Shown: positions 49,970 to 62,857, numbered from the stretch's first letter. The stretch: 64,000 nucleotides of DNA from Amoebidium appalachense (GCA_963693365.1 CAVNZM010000001.1:4170907-4234906), one strand, 5' to 3'. Notes: generated from the sequence alone by a model not told the origin. Translations and numbers: made by a program.

Positions 49970-51877
49970 GGAGAGAGAGAGAGAGAGAGGGGGGGGGGGG
50001 GGGGGGGGGGGAGGGGGGGGGAGGGGAGGGGGAGGGGGGTCTTAGGGATGCTGCAGAATCGTCAGATATTAGACAAATCGTACCAATACGATCATTCTCT
50101 CATATATGTGAGAAGATTGTGACTAACGATGTGCAGATCTGGTTAAGACCTGTTGGGTGTGCAGAGAAAATGGGAGGGGAAGGAGGAGGGAAAGGGGGAG
50201 GGGGGGGGGGGGAAGTAAGAGAGGGGAGGGAATGTTAGAGTGTCAGTAGTCTCAGGGGACCCTGCAGAGTCGTTAGATGTCAGACAAAAACGCACCAACG
50301 ACCAAGTTCTCCGAGGGGAGAAATGCGTAAAACGTTCTGCAGAGGGGGGGGGGGGGGGGGGGGGAGAGAACAAGTGGACAGAGAAACAGTCAGACAGAAA
50401 CACAGAGAGAGAGACACACACACATACACGAAGGAAAAGAAAGAGAGAGAGAGGGGAAGAGGGGGAGAGAGGGAGGGAGAGGAAGAGCAGGGGAAAAGGG
50501 AGGGGGAGAGGGGGAGAGGGGGGGGGGGGGGGGAAAGAGAGAAAGGGATGGTGGAAGGCAGAAAGACAAAACCAGAGATAAAAATTAAATGATACCCATC
50601 ATTGTGTGCGTGGTAAGTAAAAAAAAAAAAAAAAAAAGGGCGGGGGGGAGGGGAGGGGGAGAATGGGAGAACCAAAGTTATTATGGTGGGAGCAGGGCCG
50701 GGGGACGAGGATGGGGGGGGGGGGGGGGAGGGGGAGGTGGGGAGGTGGCAGGCCGTAGAAAGGGGGTGGTCGAGGGGGGGGGGGGGGGGTGAGGGGAGGG
50801 GGGAGGGGGGGGCAGACGGACAGGTGGCAGGCCCTGGCTAGTACGAGCAGGAAGAGAAGGGGGGAGGGGGGAGGGGGGGGGGGGGGGAAGGAGGGGGGTG
50901 AGGGGAGGAATTACCTCACTGGTGTCGTCTCCAAACTTGCGGCCGTCGTTCCGACTGGCATTTAAGAAGTCCAGCTTATCCTGCTTGGTGGCCACCTTGG
51001 CCATGGGCTGGTCGAATGGAATGCCCTTCTCACGGAAGTAGTCGTGGGCCTTGTGCACGTCGTAGCCAGCTGGGATGCCCACCTGGGACTTCTTGCGGCT
51101 CTCGGTGATGACTGCCATGCCGTCCCCGTTGCGCAAAAGCGGTGCGCAGAACGCAGCAACATCGTCTCCGTAAAACGGCGCCTTGTTGGTCTGTTTTTGA
51201 ACAAAGTTATGATCAGTAGGAGTAGTCGGGTGAGATAGGGAAGGTGGGGCAATAGGGGGAGAGTAAGTGTGTAGTTAGGTGAGTGAAGGGTAGCGGGAGG
51301 ATGGAAGCTTGGTGATTGGTGGATGGGTGTGTGGGTCATTGGGTGGTCGTTTGGGTGGGTGGGTGGGACGGTGATTGGCCATTGTGGGCTAAGGGGGGTG
51401 GAAAGGGGGGGGGGGGGAGGGGGGGGAGGGTAGAGGGTTGATGAAAGGGGGACTCGGGTCTTTTAGGGGAAATGGCCCTGGTTTGAAGGGGTAGATGATA
51501 CCCACCGTTGAAAACTGAGCACGAATAATTTGTGCTTTGATCGCCTGTTGGCGGAAACCTTCAACAGAAACTTGCCCATTTGGTGGGGCATCAGTAGCAC
51601 CTCCCCACTTAGGGGGGTTTTGGGGATCGATTCGGAAGGAACACTTCACGCTCGCATCAATAGCCACGCCTATAGGGTCCGTCCCGCACCTCTTGTTTCC
51701 ACATAAAGCCTGGTCAAAATTCTGCATAGAGAAATTGTGTCGAAGTTAGAACACATTACTGATAACACAGTACCCATTTCCCCACTCCCCGGGAGTTAAC
51801 AGTGATATTGGGAAGGCCATGCAGATGCATGCTTGCATGGTGATGCTAACGCTCACGGTTTTGAAATGGCACTTTGA

Positions 51878-51911
<34 letters not shown>

Positions 51912-52104
51912 ACCACCACCACCACCACCACCACCACAAAAAAAAAAATAAAAAATCCCTGGACCTAATCCCCACTTCCACTTTCTACTATAGGCAAAAA
52001 TCAAAGGTGCATCCAAAAAAATTCTTTTCTTTTCTTTCTTTTTTCTTTTCTTTTCCTTTCCCTTTTTTTCCTTTTCTTTTCTTTTCTTTAATCTTTCTTT
52101 TTTT

Positions 52105-52158
<54 letters not shown>

Positions 52159-54909
52159 GGAAGGCACAGATAGGGAACCAATACACTCAATGGCCGTGGT
52201 GACCACATAGATGGGCAGTGTGTGTGTGCGTGAGTGGTTGAGAGCGTGTGGGTGTGTGTGGGTGTGTGCGCACCATGTTTGCACATGTGATGTGAGCGAG
52301 AGTGTGTGCAGAGTCCACGTGTATGGGAGAAATTGGGATCCAAAAAAGGAAGGATGGGCAAAACACAGAGACATACCCTCCGTTGCGTCTGCTGGCTCTG
52401 TGTCCATCATTGTATCGTCCGCACTGCCCTCCCCTGGTGCATCCCCCGTCGCGTACGGTCTCGACTCTTGTGCACCTGCACATAGTAGGGTCAATAATAA
52501 AGGGACACACGATTTGAGTGTTTCAAACATCAGCTAGGGGGATGATGATGTGCCATTGCAAGGGCCGAACGTGCCACACTCGGAAGGGGGAGGGGGGGGG
52601 GGGGAGAGAGAGAGAGGGAGGGAGGGGGTAGGCAGACGTGAGAGGATTATCTGCTGCTAAGGGCTGAACACACACACACACTCACACACAAAAACCCACA
52701 CACACATATACACACGTGCGCACGTGCACACACACGCACACGCACGCACACACACACACACACACACACACAAACACCCCAACCCCCACCCCCACACACC
52801 ACACCCACACCCATCCACCACCCACCCACCACCCACCCACCCACCCACCCACCCACCCACCTACCCACCTACCCACCCACCCACCCACCCACCCACCCAC
52901 ACCTTGTGAAAATGCGGCATGGGGCAACTGCAGCTCAGTATAAAAAGACATCTGAAGGGGCCAGAAGTGGAAGCATCGGACAAAACCATCGCGTTTGGCA
53001 TTGCGCTTGCGCCCACGGTACTCATGGCAACTACAGGAGAAGGAGACAACGTGCCCAATCTTATCAGAACGGGCATAGACAACACGGAACCCAGTGGGAT
53101 CATCAAGCGCATCCCCATCGTCTGCACTTGCTGCAACACCACCGTGCACTGCAAGAGGCAGATAATAAGTAGGTGTCTTTCTTCCCCTCACCCTTGCCTA
53201 CGCACCCCCAGGAACACAATTTTTTTTTTTCGGCCGACACTCCGGCATGGAGTTAGGTGTGGCACGTTAGGTCCGAACACAGACACAGCAACGAACGTGC
53301 CCACTGCCCAGGCTGCACAGCGCCGATTGGATTATGTGCGCGCCTTTTTCTATAATCCAATGACAAAGTTTTCTAAAGGTGGGTAATGATAATGCGCCAT
53401 TCCGCTCCGGTCACACTTCAAAGCTTCGTATGACGTGGTTTCTATAGGCATCCGAGTATAGACTAATGATATAAAGTGTCTTAGATGCAAACATGATACA
53501 TAATATATAAAGTGCCCTGCTACTATTTTTCTGCTATCTTTGGCATTTCTGTGAGAGTACACAACTGAGGTTTTGAACGATAGAAGCAAATACAAATACA
53601 CATAATCAACCCATTTCTATAACACGCACTCTCTTGGAATGCCGGCGCGGTTGCATATGCCATATCAAAGTTTAGCAGCCGACCTTCCTTCGTATAGACC
53701 CGCCTTCTGACCCGGTGAGACCCACCCACCAGGTTGAATATCTGATTCATGGAAATCGATTCGAAACACAACACCACTCTTCCGAACAGGGCCTGAAGAA
53801 ATGAACAAAGCCTATATCACCAGACATAGTATAATTTGAACACACAGAGTCGTGATGCACATGATGTAATAGTCTCCTAGGTAGTGTTTTCTTTGCTCAT
53901 TCACCTTTTCCAGAAAGTATACATGCTGATTATACTGTAGAAAGCACGTGCACTGCGGGGAGTTTTACGAGGGTATGTGCGGACAACTGAGTTTTCGATC
54001 CTGCACTGAAATGGGTCCCCTGTCCGCACAACCCTACGACTAGGTCGGCAGGCGCGCCATGGCCAGCAAGTGAGAGTGGGTACGTTCGCACTATGTAGGC
54101 CGGAACGACGACCGTCGGTCCATCGATCTGATATGCTGGCATATCAGCAAAATGGTAAATCACCAAACGATTTCACAAGCCTTTGCTAGCGCTCAAAAAC
54201 TACACCGACGCAGTGTGGAAAGAATTTTGCAGCATGCGCAAACGGCGCCCCATACGCTACGATATCTGCTTCGATAAAGGGGAACGAGTAGGGCAGGAGA
54301 GCACGTTATGTGTGTGTGTCATCATCATAGACATATGTATAGCATGATTGTTTATGCAGGTACACGTACGTGCATATGTGTGAACATGTGTGTGCATGTG
54401 TAGAGTGGGGTTTGGGGAGTGAAGTGGGCTGAGGGACTGACGGATGGGCGGGCGGGCCGGGCGGGAGGGGGTCGGGAGGAGGAGGAGGGGGGGGAGGGGG
54501 AGGGGGGGGGGGAGGGGGGGGGAGGGAGAGGGGAGGGGGACAGCCGCTCGTGAAGAAACCCACAAATCAAACTGGAAGCACCTCGAGGGGGAGGCTCCTG
54601 CGCCTCAGAGTCCAATGTTGCTTTCAAGTACACAAACACAAACCGCGCACTGAGCATTCTAATTCTAATTCTAGTAGTCCTCACCGAGATGCCATTAATT
54701 TTCTCTGCTCCCTGGGGCTAAAATCCCAAGAGGTAGGAATGGGAAGGAAGGCCGACGGAGGTGACCGTGCTGGGGATAGTGCTGGGGTGGGAGGAGGGGC
54801 GAGGGGGGGGGAGCCGAGCAGGGGGGGGGGGGGGGGGGAGCGGGGGACCCAAGATGTAAACTCAGACGTGGAATCTTCTGCAGTCCGTAGGCTGTAGCTT
54901 AGACTCTTG

Positions 54910-55391
54910 GATTTTTTTTGTGCTATTTAGGCTGTGTATACGTATACTATAGCTCACAGCTGGCTTGGTCAGTTCACCTCTGCTGGCTGCCAACTATTGT
55001 AGTGCACAATGGCCCTATGATAGGCTTACAAGAGTCAAGCCTTTCGTCTGCACGAAGTTTTCGAGGATTGCGTGGACACGATCGGGAGGCTCCCGGCGGC
55101 GGCCGGCCGGGCGCCCAACGAATTATTCAGTGTTACTTTTGGCTCTGAGCAAGTTACAGCACTGTAGACCAGAGTTAAAGAAACTGTATGTTGAATTTTT
55201 TGTGCTATTTAGGCTGTGCATACGTATACTATAGCTCACAGCTGGCTTGTGCAGTTCACCTATGCTAACAACTGCTAACAAGTACACCGCTGGCGGCCAC
55301 GGCTCGTGCCTCTGTCTGCACGATGTTTTCGAGGACTTCGTGGACACGATCGGGAGGTTCCGGGCGGGGGAATTTATTACTTTTGGCTCTG
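54910..55391. repeat. Diverged direct duplication (~245-285 bp period) immediately upstream of EMC10
   Basis: TTTGTGCTATTTAGGCTGTG.ATACGTATACTATAGCTCACAGCTGGCTTG and CGTGGACACGATCGGGAGG each occur twice (54910-55147 versus 55193-55391). Confidence 0.8.
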
Positions 55392-55430
55392 TCTGTCTGT
55401 GCATTGTGTATGTGAGACCTCCCAAGGAAA

Positions 55431-57366
55431 ATGAGAGTCCTTGCGTGTTTGCTGGTCCTCCAGCAGGCCTTGTTTCCCATAGCGCACGCTCAAAAGGTAT
55501 ATGCAGCCTCTCTTCCTGCTCATCCCCCTCCCTCCATCTATTCCTGTACCATGTTCTCCACATTCCGTTTGCCCTTCTCTCGCATCTTTGTTTCCATCTT
55601 TCTCCGTTTTGCTCCCATTTTATGGTAGGACCTATTTCAGATCTTGACAGTTCTGGGTATACCGCCCCTGCACCACTATTTTGCCCTTATTTTCGGATGC
55701 ATCCAATTTCCTTAACACAACATTCAAGCGTGGTTTCCTTTGACCTCCCATCCTTGCTTCTTACTCATGTACCCTGCTTCGTGCAACAGGGAGAGAGGGA
55801 TGTAGCTATCGAACACGCTATGAAGGTGGACGGGCTGGATCCTGTATACACCAAGCGGGGTACACTCAGACAGCAGGGCACGGCAGTGTCTATCGAGCAG
55901 AATGCACTGACGGAGCAGGAGGCAGCAGACTTGGTGGTGGGTGCATCCATATTTTGCGAGCGATGATGCTCAAGGATTTTGTGCGCAAGCGCTCAGATTA
56001 ATGTGACATCACTGGTTTGTGTTTTGGGTTGTGTTTGCAGACGCATTAAACCGCAAGCATAGGTCGCACACCAGCAGACACTCGCACATACACGCACACT
56101 CACGCGGCTCATACATCTACATGCACACATAGGCTTACGCGGGCACACACAGACGACACACACCAATACGGTGCAGACACGCAGGTACACCCTCGTTTCC
56201 TGGCTCTGTCCGTTTAACCTTTGCCCTCTCTCCCTTCCCCTGCTGCCCCCCTCCCCCCTCCCCCCCCCCCCCCTCCCCCTTCCTTGCCTCCCTCCTCTGC
56301 TGTATGACCGACATCAGACCTGCTCACAGCCTCCCCACACATTACTACCAGGATTTCTCCACTTATTCTCAGACTCTTCCTCTCTCGGTCTCTTCCTCAT
56401 CCCCCCTCCCCCCCGCCCCCCTTTTTTTTTTGATGTCGTGCTATTTGCTGTCCCTTGGGGGGGGCTGCTCTAAACCCCCACCCAGTCTCCCTTATTCTGC
56501 TGTTACCTGCTGGTCAAATGTTCTACATCCCAATATATATATATATTGAACTGTTTCATTACCGTACTCCCTCCTCCCCCCCCCCCCCTCCTCCCCCCCC
56601 CCCCGCCCTTATTTGGTGCCCCACCCTCCCCTGCCCTCTCCCTCCAACACACACACACACACCGTCTAGGCCCCTTCCTCCCCCCCCCCCCCCCCCCCCT
56701 CCCAACCGCCCAACCACCCAACCACCTCCCATGTGCCCCTCTTCTCCCCCCCCCCCCCCCCCCCCCCCTCCCTGAGTTCCTATCTATATTTTTCTTGCTT
56801 CTGCTTACTGCTGCAACTTTAACCCCCGGCCTTTCCCACTGCCCTTGCCTGCATAAGCAACCCTGCTCGTCTCTGATCAAGACGGGTGACCTACTCATGT
56901 TCAAGTGAAACAGTATCTGAGTTGGGTTTCGTTAACGAGGGGAATAGGTCGAAACTCGGGTACTGTGGATGACGTGGGCCCCCCCTGAGGATGGGCTCTG
57001 CTTATTATGCATACTCTTTATGTATGGCTTGCATTCTGCATCGTGTTATCCGTTTGTTCTTGTGTACTTCGTACTTTTTGACGCATTCAAACCCCCCCCC
57101 CCCTCCCCCCTCCCCCTTCTCGTCCCTGTCGGTTTTTCCCCCAGATTTCTCCAAAGAGCTATCTCATATAGAACATGGTTCCCTAGTCGCACATCATCAC
57201 ATGCAACACGTCAAGCTCGCCATACCAGTCCCGGTTTAACATTTTGCCCTGTATCTAACAAGCATCCTTGGTGTGACTGTATGTTGCCTCCATTCGTGGG
57301 TGTGTGTGTGGTTTTTTGTCCCTAACTGTATATGTATGTATGTGTGTGTGCGTGTGTGCTGGCCTG

Positions 57367-57435
<69 letters not shown>

Positions 57436-57579
57436 GCTGCTGTGAAGGACAATGCCTACTACTACATCCGTGTGCCCTCACACCCAGGAGAGGACAACAA
57501 AGAATATGTCTCGACTTTGGTTAAAGCTGTACGTGCCCTCCTCCTCCTCTCTCAACTTGGCTTTTCAGTTTCTCATGCC

Positions 57580-57616
<37 letters not shown>

Positions 57617-59508
57617 CCCCGGCCCTCACTCTGTTACTGCTCATTCCCTCAGTCCTTCTTGCCTTTTCTCCCTCCCTCCATCCTTCTTCCCCTTCCCCCA
57701 CCTCTCCCTCTTCCTTTCGGACACACCCACACTCTTCTCTCTCTCTTTCTGTCTTTTCCTCTCTCTCTCCCCTCCGTCCCGCTCTCCCCCTTTCATCCTT
57801 GCATTATGCGGTCCGCTGTGAGTACGTACTTCACACTCTGTGGCACACATCCCCACGCATACTGTGCACATGGCTGATGTTGCATACTTGAATGTTTGCC
57901 TTTGCATGTGTCCTGCACCATGCTTCTCGTCGTGTATGCGTACTTCGTACCGTTTTCCGCATTCAAACCCCCCCAGTCTTCTTTCAGAGGTGTCCTTTCA
58001 GGACAGACCACTGTGTGGAGACCGCTTTACTTCCATGCAACCGGGCATGGTTGCTCTGTGTCGTGCATCTGTAAGCACATACGCATTTTTCGCTGCACTG
58101 CATTAGTTTGCACACACATCTGCACCGTTTTGCTCACATTGCTTGCATAAGCAACCCTGCTCGTCTTTGATCAAGACGGGTTGACCCGCCCAAGTTCAGT
58201 TGATGCTGCTGTCTGAGTTGGAGCGTCGTATATACGCGGGCTAAGGGGTCGAAACTCAGACGCAATTGATGACTTGGGTCCTCCCTGAGGATGGGCTCTG
58301 CTTATGACGCATACTGTGCACATGGCTGATGTTGCATACTTGAATGTTTGCCTTTGCATGTGTCCTGCACCATGCTTCTCGTCGTGTATGCGTACTTCGT
58401 ACCGTTTTCCGCATTCAAACCCCCCCCCCCCCCCCCCCCCCCGTCCCCCACAAAAGGGAGAGAGAGAGATAGATAGATAGAGGAGAGAGAGAGAGATAGG
58501 GAGAAGGGAAAAAACACGCAGACCCCCTGCCACCTCTGCTTTTACCCGAGTCATGTTGTTGGTGTTTTTGATTGGCAAGACCCCCCCCCTCCCCCCCGTC
58601 TCCACGGCACATACACTCACATGCGCGCGTGAAATAAAAGGGAAAGAAAGGAAGGGGGGGAAAACACCTCGTTGTGCTGTATCTTCCACGCCTCCCGCAA
58701 TCACTACAGACATGAAACAGGCCCACATGCACACATAGACTCATATACTCCACACTTACGCTCGTACACACTCGTCGTTCACACACGTGTACGTACGCAC
58801 ACACAGACACACTCATGCATCCCCCCCCAAAAAAAAAAAAACAAAAAAAAAACAAAAAAAACACACACACACACGCGCGCGCGCGCGCGCGCGCACTCAC
58901 TCACTCACTCACTCACTCACTCACTCACTCACTCACTCACTCACTCACTCACTCACTCACTCACTCACTCACTCACTCACACTCACACACACACACACAC
59001 TCACTCACTCACTCACTCACTCACTCACTCACTCACTCACTCACTCACTCACTCACACTCACTCACACTCACACACTCACACAGTGCACGCTGGTGTCCT
59101 CCAAGCTCAAGGACCAGCTGACCATTCACTACAGCCCAAAGACTGGTAAGCGCTCCCTCCCTTAGCTTATACCCATGCATGTGTGTGTGGCGTAGTGTGT
59201 GTCGACTTGCATTGAGCAGATTTTTGTTGCTAAACACCCCTGTTCATCCATGTACACCGGACACCAGATATCACACACAGACATGAACACACACACACAT
59301 ACGATTGCATGCACACATGCGGATAGGCACACACGGAGAAAGACATGTGCTTCACTTGACACACATGCACACACTTGCACACACACTGTGTGGCACATAG
59401 CAAGCACACCATACGTATACATACCAGGGTGCTAGAGCATAAACATGCACAGTTGTTCCCACACATGCTCTTGCATGCACTAATAACAAACCCCGTGGAC
59501 ACTCAGCG

Positions 59509-59577
<69 letters not shown>

Positions 59578-60026
59578 ACACACAATGCAGGGGCATTATG
59601 CACGGCTTCCTCCGCAAGCATCCCCGCTACATGTGCAGACAAGTCCTTGCATGTATCCATGCAAGCACATGCTGCCAGGCCCACCACACCCCGAGCAAGT
59701 GCAATGCATATGCACACACAGTACACACGTGGTGGCATGTCGACAGCCCACACGCTAGTCCTTCCCAAGCACACACAGAAGACACCCCCTGTCGGCCTGC
59801 CTCCATTTCTCTTTCCTTTCCTTGCCTCCCCCCCCTCCCCCCCCCCCCCCCCCCCCCCCCTCCCCCCTCCCCCTCCCCATCCTGGCGGTAATTGGCCAAA
59901 GTATGGTTGGTGCCATGTGCTGTTGTGGTGTAGCTTACACGGTGCATGCCAGGCGCTGTGATTGGGCTGGACTACATCCCATCCAACCACACGTGTGCAA
60001 ACAAGGCCTACCTGAACAAGGTCAGC

Positions 60027-60057
<31 letters not shown>

Positions 60058-60475
60058 TTCCCCCAAAAGAGATTGAAGGAGAAAAAAAGAAAAAAGAAAG
60101 AAAAAGAATAGGGAAAATGAAACTTTCTACCACCACAGGTTTTGCGTCAACACTGCACACAGACCATTCCCCCGTTTTCTTTCAATATACTCCATGGACC
60201 GTTGGCCGTGCAAATGTCTGCACCCCACTGCATGTGCTTATCTGCATTGTGGTGTGGTGTGTGTGGTGGATGAATGTGTTTGTGGAGCTCCGTGCGCTGT
60301 ATTACAATCCCCTCCCCTCTCCGCCCCTTCCCCCCTGTATCTTTTCCCCCTGGCTCTCTGGGCCACTATCCCCCCCTTTATCAATTAATCTTGAATGGCT
60401 TCTTGTTGGTGACAGTCTCACGTACTATTAAGACTTTGCTCATGTTTAGACCCCCCCACCCTCTACCTCTACCTC

Positions 60476-60545
<70 letters not shown>

Positions 60546-61400
60546 ATCTAAGTCTCCACGAAAGCTTTCACCACACCCTTTGCTATTTATAACTAACATC
60601 ACCCCTGTGTGTGCTAACATATGCCGACTGCACCACAGATAGTGGAGGGGGCCACGTTCAAGACCACCATTATGGTCAACACGAAGGGCAAGCCCGGCCC
60701 CACGTATGTCACCCTGTGCATGCTTGTGTCTGTGTGTGTTGTGTGCGCATCCATACACCTATAGGTGTGGCTAGGGGCTAAGTGCCCCATTGTTGTCCAT
60801 AGTGTGTGTGAGCGGGCATGGTCTTATATGCCATGCTGTCTTGTTTTCAGGGTTACAAATGCACTACGTGGTATTAATCAACCTGCTGGATTGGGTGTGC
60901 AAGCTTTGCCTTTTCTGCCGACAACCATTGTTATTACTTATTAAAATTTTCCGTGACATCTAGCCGCCAGTGTCGCCTATTGATAGTCATCCAGGTGACA
61001 TCACAGTTTGTGTGCTTGGCCCTTTCCATGCCTCGTTCGATAAGACTTGGCATGTGCTTTTCTTTGTCCCCCCCCCCCCACTGCATTAGTTTGCACACAC
61101 ATCTTCACCGTTTTGCTCACCTTGCTTGCATAAGCAACCCTGCTCGTCTTTGATCAAGACGGGTTGACCCACCCAAGTTCAGTTGATGCTGCTGTCTGAG
61201 TTGGAGCGTCGTATATACGCGGGCTAAGGGGTCGAAACTCAGACGCAATTGATGACTTGGGCCCTCCCTGAGGATGGGCTCTGCTTATGACGCATACTGT
61301 GCGCATGGCTGATGCTGCATACTTGAATGTTTGCCTTTGCATGTGTCCTGCATCATGCTTCTCATCGTCTATGCGTACTTCGTACTGTGTTCCGCATTCA

Positions 61401-61476
<76 letters not shown>

Positions 61477-61761
61477 ACACCTACCAAAAAAAGGTGAGAA
61501 CTCCTGTGTTAATTTCCCCGGTTAGTATTCAGCCTTGGGTGAGGGCAGCACATTTGCTGCTGGGCACTGGGTGTATCCTTAATCATGGCCTGGAGATGAA
61601 ATTCTAACCAATGGCTTCTTGTCCGGATTCTACACCTCACACACACACTAACACACATGGACGTACACACGCACACATGCACCCGTGCCCGGATGCACAC
61701 ACACACACACACATACATCGTGCTCGTACACGCACACACGTACATGCTGTGCACACACAAA

Positions 61762-61808
<47 letters not shown>

Positions 61809-62101
61809 ACGCACACGCACACACACGCACGCACACACAGGGTGGTTCTCACTGCCGATGCAGCACAGCAGCAGCAGGCCCGTGAGCAACAGGCCCAACA
61901 GATGCAGCCGGTCGAGTACGATGCAGAGGGCAACCCCATTGTCAGGGCCGAGCAGGAGCCAAGCTTCTTCGGCAAATATGTAAGTGTGGGTGCCCGCCGG
62001 GGGGGGGGGGGGGGGGGGGGGGGGCAAGCGTATACTTCTTTTCTCAAGGGGATCAAACTAAGAGGGTCTAACACATTATTTCCTCAATGCACACACATGC
62101 C

Positions 62102-62169
<68 letters not shown>

Positions 62170-62288
62170 GGATGTACATCATCCCTGCCATGTTCCTGTT
62201 CAACACTCTGACCAGCCAGCAAGGTCAGCAGCAGCAGGAGGGAGGCCAGCCCCAACAGGGTGGTGGCAGGAGAGCCCAGGCACAATAG
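55431..62288 (+). CDS. EMC10: ER membrane protein complex subunit 10, 8 exons, 252 aa
   Basis: Phase-consistent exons 55431-55496 (signal peptide), 55790-55936 (IEHA..YTKRG), 57436-57528 ([13 protein letters not shown]), 59085-59145 ([15 protein letters not shown]), 59953-60020, 60639-60703, 61841-61979, 62169-62288. Hallmark motif SFFGKYWMYIIP. Confidence 0.93.
56772..57103 (+). mobile_element. Non-autonomous C-tailed retroelement, subfamily A (copy A), EMC10 intron 2
   Basis: Same 5' start (CTGAGTTCC) and 3' end (GCATTCAAA(C)n) as copy A'; inserted in a C-tract. Confidence 0.85.
56853..57005 (+). ncRNA. Structured RNA, candidate rearranged hammerhead ribozyme (copy A)
   Basis: Stem ACAGUAUCUGAG/CUCGGGUACUGU; GUU at 56921-56923; GAAAC at 56951-56955; CUGAGGA at 56985-56991; GACCUA/UAGGUC pairing. 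Confidence 0.65.
57857..58442 (+). mobile_element. Non-autonomous C-tailed retroelement, subfamily C, ~1.3-mer partial tandem, EMC10 intron 3
   Basis: 57857-57974 is repeated at 58309-58426 (452-nt period), and both end GCATTCAAA(C)n. CCCCAC occurs on both flanks. Confidence 0.85.
58146..58306 (+). ncRNA. Structured RNA, candidate rearranged hammerhead ribozyme (copy C)
   Basis: CAUAAGCA/UGCUUAUG; CCCAAGU/ACUUGGG; GUCUGAG/CUCAGAC; GUU at 58217-58219; GGAG(58220-23)/CUCC(58281-84); GAAAC at 58251-58255; CUGAGGA at 58285-58291. Confidence 0.68.
61079..61462 (+). mobile_element. Non-autonomous C-tailed retroelement, subfamily C (copy D, 5'-truncated), EMC10 intron 6
   Basis: Closely similar to 58096-58442; ~60-nt C tail; (C)nAC on both flanks. 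Confidence 0.85.
61129..61289 (+). ncRNA. Structured RNA, candidate rearranged hammerhead ribozyme (copy D)
   Basis: GUU at 61200-61202; GAAAC at 61234-61238; CUGAGGA at 61268-61274; same stems as copy C. Confidence 0.68.
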
Positions 62289-62357
62289 GATGCCATGAAT
62301 CTATGACTAGACCCAGCCGAGTTTTTCTTTCTTTCATTCTTTTTTTTTTTTTTTTTT

Positions 62358-62425
<68 letters not shown>

Positions 62426-62857
62426 GGGGGGGGGGATATGATGTGTGATACATTATTACCACATGATGACATAGTTGGGCGCATTGATTGAGTGATGGCA
62501 GGGATTTTGATGCAGTTAGTTAAACTTTGCCCATTTCACCAAATGTCGTCTGTGATTTCCCAGTGCTTGATTGATATAGTCGTGTTGCCGTGTACATGCA
62601 ACAGCAAGCTGGCATGGTGACCGGTTGGACAGCAGTTTTGCTGGGTATGCCAGCAAAGCACAAATACGATACGTGACATATTTATGGTTCACACGTGCCC
62701 AGGTTGGGCTACGTGCGACCTTCTCTGTTTTTCTTTTAAATGTTGGCTTTGATGTGCTTGGTTTTCAGCTGAAATAATGAAAATAAAAACCAACCATAGA
62801 TAAATTACATGTTTCATTCGGAGCTCAGGTGCTGAATTAATCAATCGTGTGCATTCT

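Noticed and set aside
52919-53386. 155-aa plus-strand ORF
   Set aside because: Antisense to the SWIM-containing exon; no recognisable motif.
48939-57103. Copies A' and A as terminal inverted repeats of one 8-kb transposon
   Set aside because: A' has its own target-site duplication, and the two copies lie in introns of different genes.
58211-58298. Canonical type II hammerhead using GTC at 58278-58280 as the cleavage site
   Set aside because: It leaves no room for stem I, and the GTC is not conserved (GCC in copies A and D, GAA in B).
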